NCBI GenBank assembly: GCA_001179505.1
Contig: CDMY01000334.1
Location: forward strand, 1-64,000
Reading direction: 5' to 3'
DNA: 64,000 nucleotides
Origin: Vitrella brassicaformis CCMP3155
Taxonomy: Eukaryota; Protista; Chromerida
Shown: positions 1 to 13,100 of the stretch, piece after piece
How positions within the stretch are numbered: position 1 is the first letter of the stretch
How the letters are laid out: every line of letters begins with the position of its first letter
Notes under the pieces: generated by a model
Databases searched by the model: none
What the model saw: the letters and a program-made list of their open reading frames with translations, nothing else
What the model was told of the DNA's origin: nothing
Translations under genes and position numbers: made by a program

Positions 1-291
1 CCAAAGACAGAGGGAGCAGCCGTCAGTGCACAGTTGAGTCAACTGTCCATACGTATGTGTGTGTGTGGTCTTCTCGCTCGTCGCACTTACTTCGATCTCT
101 TGACGAATGCGTTTGCCCGTCGAGTCGATGCGCGGCGGACGTAGTTGGGCGCACACACACACTCAGGCTGGTTGAACTTCACCATGCACACACCGCCACC
201 CATCGCCGCATGAGTAGCCCTTGCACAACTGCAGGCTCCCCAAGATCTGATCGGTCACACACACACACGACAAGCAAGAACACACACCGAT

Positions 292-1630
292 CAGGGGGGG
301 CTGTGTCGGCCTCGGGCGGGTGGCGCCCGACCTCTCCCGCCGAAAAATGAACAGAAACGAAGGAGATGTGAGGCGAACAGTGGGAAATGAGGAGAGCTGG
401 CGTGGAAAATGTCCGCTGCTTCCTTTTCTGGAAAACACCGTCTCGAGACGGCGAGAATTCGAATCCTCGCCGCGATTCTCGCCACAAGCTCGCACGTCTT
501 TTTCCGAAGCGCTCCTTGTTGGTAACGCCACCCTCTCCTTTTCATCATTGTCCTCAAGCTGTCCATTGTGAAGTTGACTGACTTACTGGCTTCCTGACTT
601 ACTTGAGAGAGACAAGGCCTTGTCGACAAAAAGGAGACGGCCATCACAGAAAGAACCAAAATCCCACCATCTGCACATCAGCATGCCAGCAGGGCACAGT
701 GAGATCACCACAGCAATGAAACAGACTACGCAGTCATCCTTGTCATCCTTGAACATCATCCAAACATAATACCATTACAGTACCTTAGCCAATGTACTTA
801 CACTTGAGGGGAGGTTTTGAAGGCAGAAAAAGGCGTGCGCGCACTCAGTTGACGCCAGGCAGGTGCCAAAGAGGCGCCACTCATTCAGCAGACGGGCAGG
901 GCGCCACCGACCGAGGCCTCGCTCGTGGCACGGCGGTAGAGGAAGGAAGGGGCAGTTTTCATCCGGACGAGTTGGGAGGGGCGGGAGGCGATGCGGCGGA
1001 CCACACCAGCCAAAAGGCAGGTGAAAAGAATAAGAGGCGGGGGATCTGTGGTCCAAAGAAGGCTCACGAGCCGACCGTGGACGGAAACTGTGAAAAAGTG
1101 GGACAAACTTGCTTGTCTCGATTTATTTCTCGTCCCGTCTCCAATTCTCGCCGATCTCGAATTCGAAGCCTCCACCGTTAGCCTTTTTGTGGCACATGGG
1201 CAGCCAGTGGGGCGCAGGACTGTCTGATTGGGACTCCAAGGCCCCCTTGCCCCCAGCTTGCAGTCTCAGCGAAGGATGAGACGGCGCGTGTCGATTTTGC
1301 CTGCGGCCGCGGCGAAGGCGAGAAGTATGAGGAGTATGAGGAGGATAGGCGCAGGAAGAGTAAGACTAAGGCGCTCAGCAAATCGCCCTGGGCCATCATC
1401 GACTCACTCAAGGACTGGAGATGGAGATAGGGGCCGCCCAGGGCCTGCGTGTGCTGATTGGTACCTGTGGTCATTGCCCACCTGCAGGCCTGCCTGACTG
1501 CCTTACTGCTTTCGTGCGTGCGTGTCTGTGTGGATGGATGTGGTGTCTCAGCCCGCCGTCGGTCGGTTTGTGTTGCGCCATTCTCCTGTTCTGTCTCGTG
1601 TGTGTGTGTGTCAGCTCAGTGCTCGGTGTG
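292..1630 (+). repeat. Dispersed composite repeat, copy 1 (3' part: segment A, direct-repeat segment B, tail)
   Basis: 292-780 is the near-identical reverse complement of about 31170-31650. 780-1630 is the reverse complement of about 29185-30100. 292-570 and 640-1000 also match 56500-56740 and 56025-56390 in direct orientation. Confidence 0.9.
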
Positions 1631-1889
1631 TACATGGACACACATCTGGGAGCGGCGCAGAAACATGTGAGAAATCATTCGTCGCCATCGGTGATCGCAG
1701 CATCACACACAGATACACACACACACACACACGGACACTTCGAAAAGGCGTCGCAGCATACTCTCACACACACACATACGCTCACATACACTCACACACA
1801 CACACACATACACACCCGCGCCTCCCCGTACCCCAGCTGTGGAGCACAGGCAACGCGGGAATTTGCCGGTGGTCTGTGCGTGGTGGTGG

Positions 1890-1970
1890 GTTGACGGAAG
1901 GGAGACTGTGTGTAATCGCTCCCCGGGGTGCGCGCGGGGAGCGGTTGCACACAGTCACCCTTCGGTGAAT
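1890..1970 (+). ncRNA. Candidate long stem-loop (pre-miRNA-like hairpin)
   Basis: 1904-1924 pairs with 1936-1956 over 21 bp (19 Watson-Crick plus 2 U-G wobbles in the + strand RNA). After one A-A mismatch, 1897-1902 pairs with 1958-1963. The structure is seen directly; the function is unproven. Confidence 0.35.
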
Positions 1971-2174
1971 CAAACTCCACCCCCCAAACCACACCCCCAC
2001 CGCCACAACAGAGAACAAAGACACATACAGACACATACGCTCGCACGGCAGTGGCATTCCCGCCTCCCTCCCTCCCTCCCTCCCTGTCTGTCTGTCTGTC
2101 TGTCTGCCTGTCTGCCTGTCTGCGCGCTTCTGGGCACGAGCTCCAGACCGCTGTGTCTACACACATATGCGGAC

Positions 2175-2205
<31 letters not shown>

Positions 2206-2338
2206 TCGCGTCGCGAATGCTCCCAGTCACACAGGGGGAACGGGAATCAGTCAGTTAACTTATCACTCAGTGAGGCCAAAAACACGAGAACACGAACGCA
2301 CTGCAACCATCCATCCAGCCCCCCATCCATCCATCGAC

Positions 2339-4887
2339 TCAGCTGCTGCCCCGCGCCAGCAGCCGGTCAATCGCTCGGTTCAAGTTACCTGACACACAAA
2401 CAAACGTGCCATGCCATGCCGAGAGAGAGACAGAGAGAGACGAATGCACCGATATGGCGATTGGTTGCTGTCTGCCTGCCTATGTGCCTACCGTTGACGG
2501 CTTTGAGTGCGTCGACACAGGCCTGTGTGTCGGTGAAACCCATGCTACGCAGAGAGGCCAGCTGACTGCGATACAACACCTCAGGATCTACACATTCAAA
2601 CAAATGCAACATTAATATCATCCGTCGGTCTGGTGCATGTGGGCGTACGATACATACCTGGCTCAGCGGCCGGCTGGTGCGTGTCCGGGGTAGTGGTGCT
2701 CGTGGTGGCCCCTGCTGACGTGCCACCACCAGCAGCAGCAGTGCTGCCGCTGCCGCTGCTGCCGGCAGTGCCGCCCAAGCTCATACTGACACACACACAC
2801 ACACACACAGAGCGTGTCTTCACTTGACATACGAATGATGCCTGGGGCTGGGTGGGTGGGTGGGTGGCTTGTGGTGGTCTCTCTGTGCTCTCTCCCTGCC
2901 TCCCCGCCTCCGTCCGTGACTCACTTGCTCATGGCCTGCTGCAGCTGCTGCATGAGCTGCGGGTTGGCCGTCAACATAGGGTTGAATAGCAACGGATTGA
3001 ACAAGGGAACATTGCCACGACCGACACCGACACCGACACCAGTGCGACTCGGCTGCTGCTGCTGTTGCTGGGCTGCACTCTCACCACCCTCGCCGCCAGC
3101 AGTGGGCCCCTCTGTGGTAGCCCCTTGTTGTGTTTGGGGGGTGGTGCTGCCCATGACCCCTGCAGATTGCGTGGCGGCAGATGCTGCTGTCGTCCCCTGT
3201 GGCTGTTGCTGCTGCTGCTGCTGTTGTGGGGGCATGAATGGCATGAACGGGAAGGGGGGGACGGTGGGCGTCGGCGTGGGCGTAGCGCCGCTCGCCCCCC
3301 TAGATGTGGTAGACGCACTCGACGCCTTCCAAAAACATCACAGAGAGAGAGAGGGGGAGAGAGGCAGAGAGAGGGGGTGCCATGGATGAACGTGTGTATC
3401 CGTCGGTCTGTCGCCTCACTGTGTTGGCGGTTGGAGCGGCCGCAGCAGCAGCAGCAGGGGGGTTGACATTGCCGAAGCCCTGCATGCCCTGTAACATGCT
3501 CAGAAACGGATTCATCATCGGGTTGCCCGCCCCCATGCCGCCAGTGGCCGGAGGAGCTGTTGTTGATGCCCCTGCTGATGCTGCTGGCGGGGCAGACGGC
3601 TGGGGGGCGCCTGGGGCACCAACACCACCACCAGCACCACCAGCACCACCAGCACCACCACCACCACCACCGCCGCCGCCGCGAGCTGACGATGGACAGA
3701 TCGACGCACAGCGAATGAACAAACACACATAGATGCGATAGAAGTGGTGCATGGCTGGTGGTGGTGGTCGGCGTGTGAGTGTGTGTGTGTGTACCCCATG
3801 GGTTTGGGAGGGCAGACGTGTTGGGGCCAGTCGATGTTTGCTGCATCACAAACACACAGACGGCCACTCAGCTCTCTCTCCCTCTCTGGCGCGTTGTGTT
3901 GTGTTTTGTATTGCCAGCCACCCCACCCAGTCACCTGTGTGTATTCCCGGGTCTGTGCGCTTTGCCCGCCCGCCTGTGAGTTGATGGTAGCGTCCCACAT
4001 TGGCTCCGAGATGGTCTCGTGCATCCGACGCAACGCGTTAAAACCCTACACACACACACACACACGCACACACACACAGAGAGAGAGAGAGAGAGGGGAT
4101 CATTGCGTAAGGTCGCGCGCGCGTGTGCGTGTGTGTGTGGTGTCTTTGCCCTACTCACTCCAGGGATGGCTTCGATGTTGCTCATGGCCCTGTCCGTGTT
4201 GCGCATCATCTCGCGCATCAGATTGGGGTTCCGGAACATCTCGAGAGACTGCCGCAGAAACTGCACCCACCCACACACCCACCCACCCACACACACACAG
4301 ACATATATATATCAGCACAGCCACATTTCTGTGTGTCACCTCAGGTACCTTACCTGAGGGTCATTGAGGAGGTGGTTGAGCTCCGGGTTCCGCTCCCTCA
4401 GCTCGCGCATCTGCGGGTTCATGTTCATGACCATCTGCATGAACTCGGGGTTGTTGAGCAAACTGTCCATGAAGGGGCTGTTCATGATGGCCTGCATCGC
4501 CTCAGGGTTCTGCAGCATCGACTGACCCATACCACCCACACCACCAACTCCACCCATACCACCCATGCCACCCACAGTGGGGAAGGCCATCCCTGGAGCC
4601 GTCGGTACCGTTGAGCCACTGCCACCCTGTTGCTGTTGCTGCTGCTGCTGCTGTCTTGCCTGGACGTTGCGGACGAGGTAGATGGTGGTGTCGGCGATGA
4701 TGCCATAGCTCTCGAGGGTGGACTGGGGTTGCAGCACGCGACCCTGGTGGAGCAGGCGCATCTCGGCTGTAGGCCAGTCGATGTGGGCCGTGAGAGCCTC
4801 GCGGAGCTCCTCGATGGTGGCGGACGGCTCCATGTCCACCGAGAAGACGCTGCTGTCCGCCATTCTCTTGACCGTCAAAGTGATCAT
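2339..4887 (-). CDS. DSK2: Ubiquilin / DSK2 ubiquitin receptor (UBL-STI1-UBA), multi-exon
   Basis: N-terminal [12 protein letters not shown]...[11 protein letters not shown]...[21 protein letters not shown] (ATG 4887). STI1 repeats [27 protein letters not shown]...[15 protein letters not shown]-terminal [31 protein letters not shown]|[10 protein letters not shown], stop at 2339-2341. Confidence 0.95.
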
Positions 4888-5036
4888 CTTTCTTTCGTCG
4901 CACGCACAACACAACGCACAAAAGGGAGAGAGGGAGAGAGAGAGAGGGTGTCACACGACGGGAAGACTCCTTGACGACTCCTTTTGCCTCTTCTTGCGAG
5001 CTAATCTCGCAGCTTGCCGTTTCTGGGAGATTCAGG
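4888..5036. promoter_or_regulatory. Putative bidirectional promoter (ubiquilin / TMLD)
   Basis: Only 149 nt separate the two divergent ATGs. Confidence 0.5.
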
Positions 5037-7479
5037 ATGCTGCGGGCAGCATCGTCGCGTGCTCCTTTGTCATACGCCTGCCGAGCAGCGAAGATCCATC
5101 AATGCGCGCCGGCGCGAAACCATGTTTCGGCCTCTTCGAGTACGAGGCTGCGGCTGCTCCCGAGCGGCTGTCGTCTGGTGGAGAACGGCGTGAGAGGGAA
5201 CTTCAAGGGATGGAATACGCGCCGGCGATTTGCGACGATAGCATCGCCCATCACGATTCATGGTACGCCCTCACTCCGGGCACACACAATCGTGCATGCG
5301 CACAGTCATCTGTCGCCGGAATATTTGCCCCTCGCTCATTTCAGACGTTTCGCGTGACAGCATCGAGGTGGTCCTGCCGTCTGGCGCGCGTCCTCGGCTG
5401 TCGTCCGAGTGGCTGCGCGACCACTGCCAGTGCAGCGGCTGCATCGACTACAGCACCTACCAGAGGAAAGACCAGGCGGAGGCATGGATGGCGGCCAGCG
5501 GCGCGCCGGCCATCGCCAGTGCCACAATAGCCTCTCAACACGCTTCCTTGCCGGGTGAGCGAGCGGCGGGCGGGTCTGAGGTAGTGTGTGGGTGTTTCTC
5601 TGTATCGGTATGGGTGTATGTGTGTCCAGTGAGTGACGAGAGTGGTGTGCTGGTGGTGGAGTGGGCCGATGGCAATGTGCACGGCCACGTCGGCCCGTCT
5701 GTGTACGGCCTCACCTGGCTGCAGAGGGTGCTGCAGCCGACAAGGGACACTGCATCCGGTGAGTGAGAGAGGGGGAGCGACATAAGCACAGCGGCCTGTG
5801 TGAATATGTGTGTGTGTGTGTATGTGTGTGTGTGTATGTGTGTGTGCAGACGTCTACACGAGGCGAGTATGGACATCAGAGAGCATGACGAGCAGCCTGC
5901 CCGAAGCCACCTTCGCTTACACAGAGGCGAGGGCCCTCACCACAGCTCTCGTGGCTCGACTCGACAAGCCTCATGGTCGGCCGCTTGATCCTGTGTGTCC
6001 TCGTCAGGTGGTGACGAGCAACGAGCGGCTGCTGCAGTGCCTCGAGAGCATTCGGGACTTCGGGTGCGCCCACCCCGTCCTCCCATCCGTCCTACGTGCA
6101 ATCTGACTCCACATGTCTGTCGGGCGTGTCAGATTCGCATTAGTGGAGTCGACGCCCTTGACGGACGAGGCGACACACGTCCTCTGCTCACGGATCGCCT
6201 TCTTCCGACGGACGGTGTACGCCGACGGGCTGTGGAAGGTGGAGGTCAAACCCATGCAGTCCGCGTCGGGATCAGCTGACGAGGGCGACTACTCGACCGC
6301 TGACACGGCCTACTCGTCGCTGCCGCTTCACGCACACACCGACTGCACTTACTTCGGTCGGTACACACGCAGTTTGGTGCCGAATGGATAAATAGATGGA
6401 TGGATGGATGGATGGATGGCCGCACTTGGCCTGCGCCCGTGTGTGTGTGTGTGTGTGCAGAGGATCCGCCAGGGCTGCAGGTGTTTCACTGCCACGCGAG
6501 CGACCCGGCCGGCGGAGGTGGGTGAGAGACACAGGGGTTGGCTGATGTGTGTTGGGCTGGCGCATACACACACACACATATACACTCACGCTCAGGTCAG
6601 TCGCTGCTCGTGGATGGCTACCGCGTCGCCCATGACCTGAGGGCAAACGCACCCCACACCTACGAGTACTGGCGCCGGTGCGCTGAGCCCCACCTTTCAT
6701 CATTCGTCCCATGAACGGACGAACGTATGTGTCCATGCCTTCCTGTCCTCTGTGTGTCTGTGTGTGTGTGTGCGTGTGTGTGGTTCGGTCAGGACGCCTG
6801 TGGCATTTCACTTCACTGACGCGTCCAACCAGTACATTCAGCACAAGCCCGTCATCCAGACACTTGCTCAAGACGAGTCGGTCGTCGCCGCATTCAGGTG
6901 ACTGACCTCTGATGGGCTGGGGTGGGGTGCTGAGCAGCCATGCCATGCCGTGCCATTGTGTTTGTGTTTTGTGCTAGGTTCAACAAATACGATCGCGCCC
7001 CCGTTGCAATGAGTCCGGACGAGGCGGCCGTCTTCTACAGACACCTGAAGGTCGGTCGGTCGGTCAACACACACTCGACGGGCACACAAGGCAGGAAGAG
7101 CCGGATCCCATCCACCACCCACCATCCATCCATCCATCCATGTGCATGGAATGTCTGTGTGTGGGGGCCAGGTGTTATTATCGGCCATTCGTGCCCCTGC
7201 CGGCGAGCTGTGGCTGTCCCTCACCCCAGGAACCACACTCATATTCAACAACCACCGGGTGAGTGAGCCAAACGCCCACACCCACCACCACCACAACCCC
7301 CAATCAGCTTTGTGTTGTGTGTCCACTGGGGTGTGTGTGTGCAGGTGTTGCATGGGCGCAGTGGTTTCTCGGTGCGGTCTCCGCGTAAGTTCAGTGGCGG
7401 GTACATCTCGATGGAGGACTACCACAACAGGATCAGGGTGCTCTGCTCTCAACGAAAGAGCGGCGTCACCAGTGACTGA
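5037..7479 (+). CDS. TMLHE: Trimethyllysine dioxygenase (TMLD/BBOX family Fe(II)/2-oxoglutarate dioxygenase) with mitochondrial-like presequence
   Basis: Arg/Ser-rich leader MLRAASSRAPLS. GBBH N-domain WLRDHCQCSGC. DTAYSSLPLHAHTDCTYF..DPPGLQVFHC carries the HxD motif at 6335-6343, matching the TMLH motif DTAYT..L..HTDTTYF...G+QVFHC. Also LIFNNHRV|LHGRSGF (distal His) and GGYISMEDY. Stop at 7477-7479. Confidence 0.88.
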
Positions 7480-7861
7480 CTGACGGACTGACTGACTGAC
7501 TGATGTCGATAGTATATATGGGTGGGAAGGATGTGGTGGGGGGGGAGGGGGACATTGTAATTGTATTGTGAAGGCGACTTGATTGTCCAGGATGCTCATG
7601 CCGACGGAACGTCTGAATGGGCTTCAGTGCCGATGAGAGAACGGGGCTTGCGTCACATCACACGCATCCGCACGCAGTGGCTTCATGTGTTGGTACACAC
7701 CCGTCCGCACACACGCACACATCCATCCATCCATTCATTCATCCGCGTGGATGTGACCCCGGCCCCCTCCCTCCCTCCCTCCCTATTGACAGCTAGCTAC
7801 ACCAACAGCTGGTGGATGTGTTTGTGTGTGTGGTGAGAGTGCCACCCTCCGAATCAGTGAG

Positions 7862-9893
7862 TCAGTCGTCCGCCTCCAACAGGTACTCCAAGCTATCAAG
7901 GTCCTGCACACACACACACACACACACATACACAAGACGGGTCGACATCCATCCATCCATCCTCGGTGTGCCATCCATCCATCGGTGTGCCATCCATCCC
8001 GATGTGCGCACTGACCGCCTGCTTGTCAGGGTGCAGCACGAATACGTCACCCCCACCGCCACCACCAGCACCAGCATCGCCCTGCTGCTGATCATCGCCC
8101 AGGTCCACTCGCTGCAGAAAGTGGTGCTCGCACAGCCGGGCAATCACCGCGTTCGCGCGAGAGATGTACGGGGCAGGGTTGGGGCGGCCGCTACTCGACG
8201 AGGACGCCGCCGCACCCTGCATATGTGTGTGTGTGTGTGTGTGTGGATGAGTGTGAGTACAGGCAGTCAGTCCACACACACACAGACGTGGACATTAGAC
8301 ATACCCATGGTGCGTGTGGGGCTGGGGGGTGACACGTGTGTACGTTGTACGTTGTGAGTGTGTCTGAAGAAGTTTTGTCCAAAGAGGGGCGGTGGTCCGT
8401 CGGCGTCCAGCTCACACAGACGCTCTCGGAGGTCCACACGGCAACAGCCTTCACACAGACAGACAGACAGAAAGACATACAGAGGGAGGAATGATTGACA
8501 CCACCACACGGCACAGACATGTGTGTGTGTGTGCACGTTTGCTGAAGTCTACGCTGCCATTGCCGTCACCGTACAGCCGCAGGATGGCCTGACAGACAAA
8601 CAAGACACACACATATACCACGGCGTGAGTGTTTGCGGATTGGTTTCAGTCAGTCAGTGAGTGAGTGACTCCTTTCCTTGCGCACCGTCATGGCCTGCTG
8701 CATGGCCTCGTCGCTGGTCACCACATCGTCGAAACGCCCCTGGCGGGCCTGCGTGGGGTGGGGACATGGACACACATACACACACATGAGTAGGTCCGTG
8801 TGTTGTGTGCGGTGTGTCGCCGTGTGGTGTGCGGACCTCTTCGGTCTCCGGCGCTTCCTCCTCCTGGTCCTCTTCGTCGTTGCTTTCGTCACCCTGCAGC
8901 CACCCATCCATCCAGCAGTCAATCCATCCGGCTCACACATGCCCATCTTATCTGCCTGTGTTCTTTCTTTCCGTGTGTGGTGTACCCCTCCCTCCTCGCC
9001 CTCGGCCGGATCGTCATCACCTGCAGCACAGAAATGGATGGATCCACAGCACACACCCATGGAGAAGGTACCACCTTTGTGTGCTGTGCTGTGCTGTGCT
9101 GTGTGCTGTGCAGTACCTTCCTGATCCTCATCATCATTGTCCTCTTCTTCTGCTTCGTCGTCGTCTTCCTCGTCTTCCTCCTCTCTCCGCCGAATGGCTA
9201 CAGCACGTCGGACGATCTGACGACGCCTGCGCACATAAGTACACAACACGCTTTCATTCGTGTGGCTGCCTGGCTGCACGACTCACTCGACTCACTCACT
9301 GCACGCCTGTCTGTCTGTCTGGTTCCTCGATCGAGGGTGCTGTGTGCCAGCCCACCCACCCACCCACACCTCACCCACACACCCACCCGGCTCGGATGCG
9401 ATTGATGTTGTTGCGCCGACGGCGGGGCCTTCACACAACCACACCATCACCACACCACAGCCACACAGACAAAGAAACAAGCGTACAGACACCACACCAT
9501 CGCGCCGCGCCCACCTGTCGACAACCTCCTCCTCTTCTTCATCTTCATCTTCGTCTTGGTCATCGCTATCGCTGTCGGGTATGGACCGCTCGTAGTAGGT
9601 GCGGCGCCGGTCCTGCTGCCCGCGGGCCAGGGGCGGCATCGGCCGACCCTTCGGACGCACACGGGGCTTCGCCTTCGCGCGGGGGGGACCTGGAAATGAA
9701 GGACGATATGATATCATTCTTGAGATGGGTGGGAGTGTACCTACCTACCTGGGTTGTTCCTACCTGGGTTGTTGTCTGTGGAGGAAAGCATTGCCTGCTG
9801 CTGTTGCTGGGGCTGCTGCTGGGGCTGCTGCTGATATCGATGGTGTTGGTTTGGCTGGTCGTGGTTGCCTCCCATCGCCGAAGGGCTGCTCAT
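7862..9893 (-). CDS. Hypothetical protein (Q-rich N-terminus, long acidic tract, folded C-terminal region)
   Basis: Spliceable exons MSSPSAMGG..QQQPQQQ|GPPRAKAKPR..DSDSDDQDEDEDEEEEE|...FDDVVTSDEAMQQAM|AILRLYGDGNGSVDFSK|..ANAVIARLCEHHFLQRVDL..|DLDSLEYLLEADD*, with canonical GT-AG introns. Family not recognised. Confidence 0.6.
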
Positions 9894-10107
9894 CTCATGA
9901 GGGATCTGTTCTGTCAGTCACACAGACGCACAAAGAGAGGAAATGCATCGACCATGTTTTAATCTGTGTGGTCTGGTGTGCACATCACGAGTGCGGTAGC
10001 TACATACCGACCTGTCTGTCAACAGATGCATCCTCAGCGCTTCGCACTCATCTATACGACGCATTCATCCATCCACCCATCGATTGGATCCCTGTCTGAG
10101 GGAGAAG

Positions 10108-13100
10108 ATGGAACAAAAGGGGAGAGGTCTGTGTGGGAGAAGACAGACCAGACGGATCAGATCTCCCGAGCTCCTCCCCGCTTCCTCTCTTGCTCTGCGA
10201 GCTCAAGGTCGCGAGATCGCTGACGAGGGAGTGGCTGAAGATGACGACAAATCGGCTCCGTGGGAATGCCCTCGCCGCCCTAGGTATTTGGCCCTACAGA
10301 CTGTAGAAGAACCCGCATGACCATCCAACCATCAAACTGTTCTCTCTGCAGCGGATTCTTTTTGGCAGCAGAGGGCCGTGCCAGAGGGTGGTGGCGGCCA
10401 TCGTGATGACGGCGCACCCGGGCCTGCAATGAATCGGTCGCCGTCAACACCCGTGCTGGGCGGGCAATCGAGGCTGCCCATGGACAAATCAGGTGCGTCA
10501 TTCCGTGGATGGGAGGATGGACGGATGGATGGATGGACGGACGGATGGATGGGCTGTGTCGTTGGACTGCACTGCACTGCCCTGCAGATGGTGGTGACGG
10601 TTCTCGGGAGTCGCTGCTGCCCCCGTCTGCACGCAAGAGGCGCGGCAAGTACACGCGCATCGTCCAGGATAGCGACACCGACGGGGAAGACAACACACAA
10701 CGAGAAGCCTCAGGGGGTGAGGGGAGGATCATGATGTGCACACACAGTCAGCGACACAGGTGCAGGCAAGGCAACGGAGGTGTGATCTGTGTATACATGT
10801 GTGTGTGTGTGTGTGTGTGTGATGCAGGTGATGGTGGGGACCTGCGGCAGCGATTACTGCAGAGGACACAGACGCAGGCAAAGAACCAGACACAGCAAGC
10901 GCCAGGACGGGCGGGGGACAACAGCAGCAGCCGCCACGACCATCGTCAGCTCCCGTCGGTGGACCACCTGATCACGTCCATGTCGTCCCTCTCCATCAAC
11001 AACAACAACAACAACACGTCGACGCCCAAGCTGAAGCGATACCCACGATCGAAGACACCGCCACCGGCTATAGCCACCGGTTCAGTTCGCCCACCCACTC
11101 TATGAGTCTATGCTCACCCATTCAGCCTTTGATCCATATCTCTGTGCGCAGGGTCGCGCCTCGTTCCGCCCCCACCACCACCACAACCACCAGCGCCACG
11201 CACCCCGTCCCCCGTGAGCAAGCACCAAGTCCTTCCCGACACCGCTTGGGATGGTGGCGGTGGCGACGATCTCTTCCTGAACCTGCGCAACGAGAGCTGC
11301 CGCACGCCGTTGCGCCCGGGGGTGAAGGGCGTTGGTGGGAGGAGCAGTGAGAGCGACAGCGACAGCAGTGACGGTGGGCTAAGAAGGGGTGGCGGGGGGT
11401 TCGTGACGCCCAGACGGCCAAAAAGGGGCGATCTCGCGGGCGTGAGTGGAGGAGAAAGATGAGGCACACACAGAGGGAGGGAGGGAGGGAGGGAATCTTT
11501 GTGCGTGTGTCTGTCTGTCTGTCAGGCACCAATACCTAAGACGCCCCCGCCCCCGGCAACACGCAATCGCATCGAGGCCCTCTTCGACCCCGACGATGTG
11601 CGCACTGTGATGGGTGTGGGTCTTTACCAGCCAGCCAGTCAGCCAGACTCATTTCCATGTGTGAATGTCTCCATGCTTCCATCCATCCATCTGTCTGTCT
11701 GTCTGTGGGTGCAGGCGCCGTTTGTGCGCCCGCCCGATCAAGACGGTGTCGATTCAGGTCGTTTTGCGACGCCGAGGTTTCTGCGCGGCTGGGGGGCAGA
11801 GGTGGAGAGGTTCAGAGAGAGGCGGGAAGGCATGGCACGCAGCTGGTGGGTGCCTGAGGCATCCGCCCACATGATGATGGGCCACATCCATCCATCCATC
11901 CATTCATCCACATGCTTGTCGTCTCTCTCTGTCGCTGTGTGTGCGTGTGTGTGTGTGTGTGTGTAGGTATAGGACCTTCAATCGGGAGGTCTTTGATGGC
12001 CGGTGGGTCGATGTGGGGGTGGAGAGAGAGAGAGAGAGATGGAGTGCCCCTCTGTGTGTGTGTGTTGGTGTGTATAGGTTGCCGGCCGACTTAGTCATCA
12101 ATTGGAACGCCCGGCTGCTCACCACTGCTGGTAGGAGTACGAACACACACACAGTAAACCCCGAGACCCACTCGCGCGCCAACACACATGCGAGCAGGCA
12201 CCACGTCGGCCAAGCGCATCTTGGGGGGGCCTGAGGGTGGTGGTGGTGCTGCTGGTGCTGCTGACATGAAGACGGTCATCCAGCTGTCTACCAAAGTCAT
12301 CGACTCAGAATACAGGTCCACCCTGCCACACACACACACACACACACAAACACACGGATCTCTCTCCCTCTCTGTGCCTCCGTGTGTGCATGTTTGCAGG
12401 TTGAAGAAGACTTTGCTGCACGAGTGCTGCCACGTANNNNNNNNNNNNNNNNNNNNNNNNNNNNNNNNNNNNNNNNNNNNNNNNNNNNNNNNNNNNNNNN
12501 NNNNNNNNNNNNNNNNNNNNNNNNNNNNNNNNNNNNNNNNNNNNNNNNNNNNNNNNNNNNNNNNNNNNNNNNNNNNNNNNNNNNNNNNNNNNNNNNNNNN
12601 NNNNNNNNNNNNNNNNNNNNNNNNNNNNNNNNNNNNNNNNNNNNNNNNNNNNNNNNNNNNNNNNNNNNNNNNNNNNNNNNNNNNNNNNNNNNNNNNNNNN
12701 NNNNNNNNNNNNNNNNNNNNNNNNNNNNNNNNNNNNGCATGCCTGCATCCATGAGTTATGATGTATGTGTTGGATGGGTTGAGACCATCGCACTAAACAG
12801 CATCCATCCATCCATCCACATGTCTATACACATCCACACGGATCGATCCCCCGTCCCATCGGTCCACCCCACCCAGCGGACTCAGTCAGAAATGTCGGTC
12901 GGGCGCAGCAATATGAGAGCATGTCCATCCATCCGTCACATTCATCTCATCTGCTGCCTCGTCCACCGGCTCTCGCTGCGAAAAGACGCACGCCACTCTC
13001 AGACGGCACGCACACAAGAACACGCACCCATCGATCGCGTCACACCAGTGGTGGGCACCACTGAAAGCCAGATCAGTGGAATAGCTCGTGCTGCTCTTGC

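Noticed and set aside
1-291. Possible minus-strand exons truncated by repeat copy 1
   Set aside because: Too short, and cut by the window edge, to assign a frame or product.
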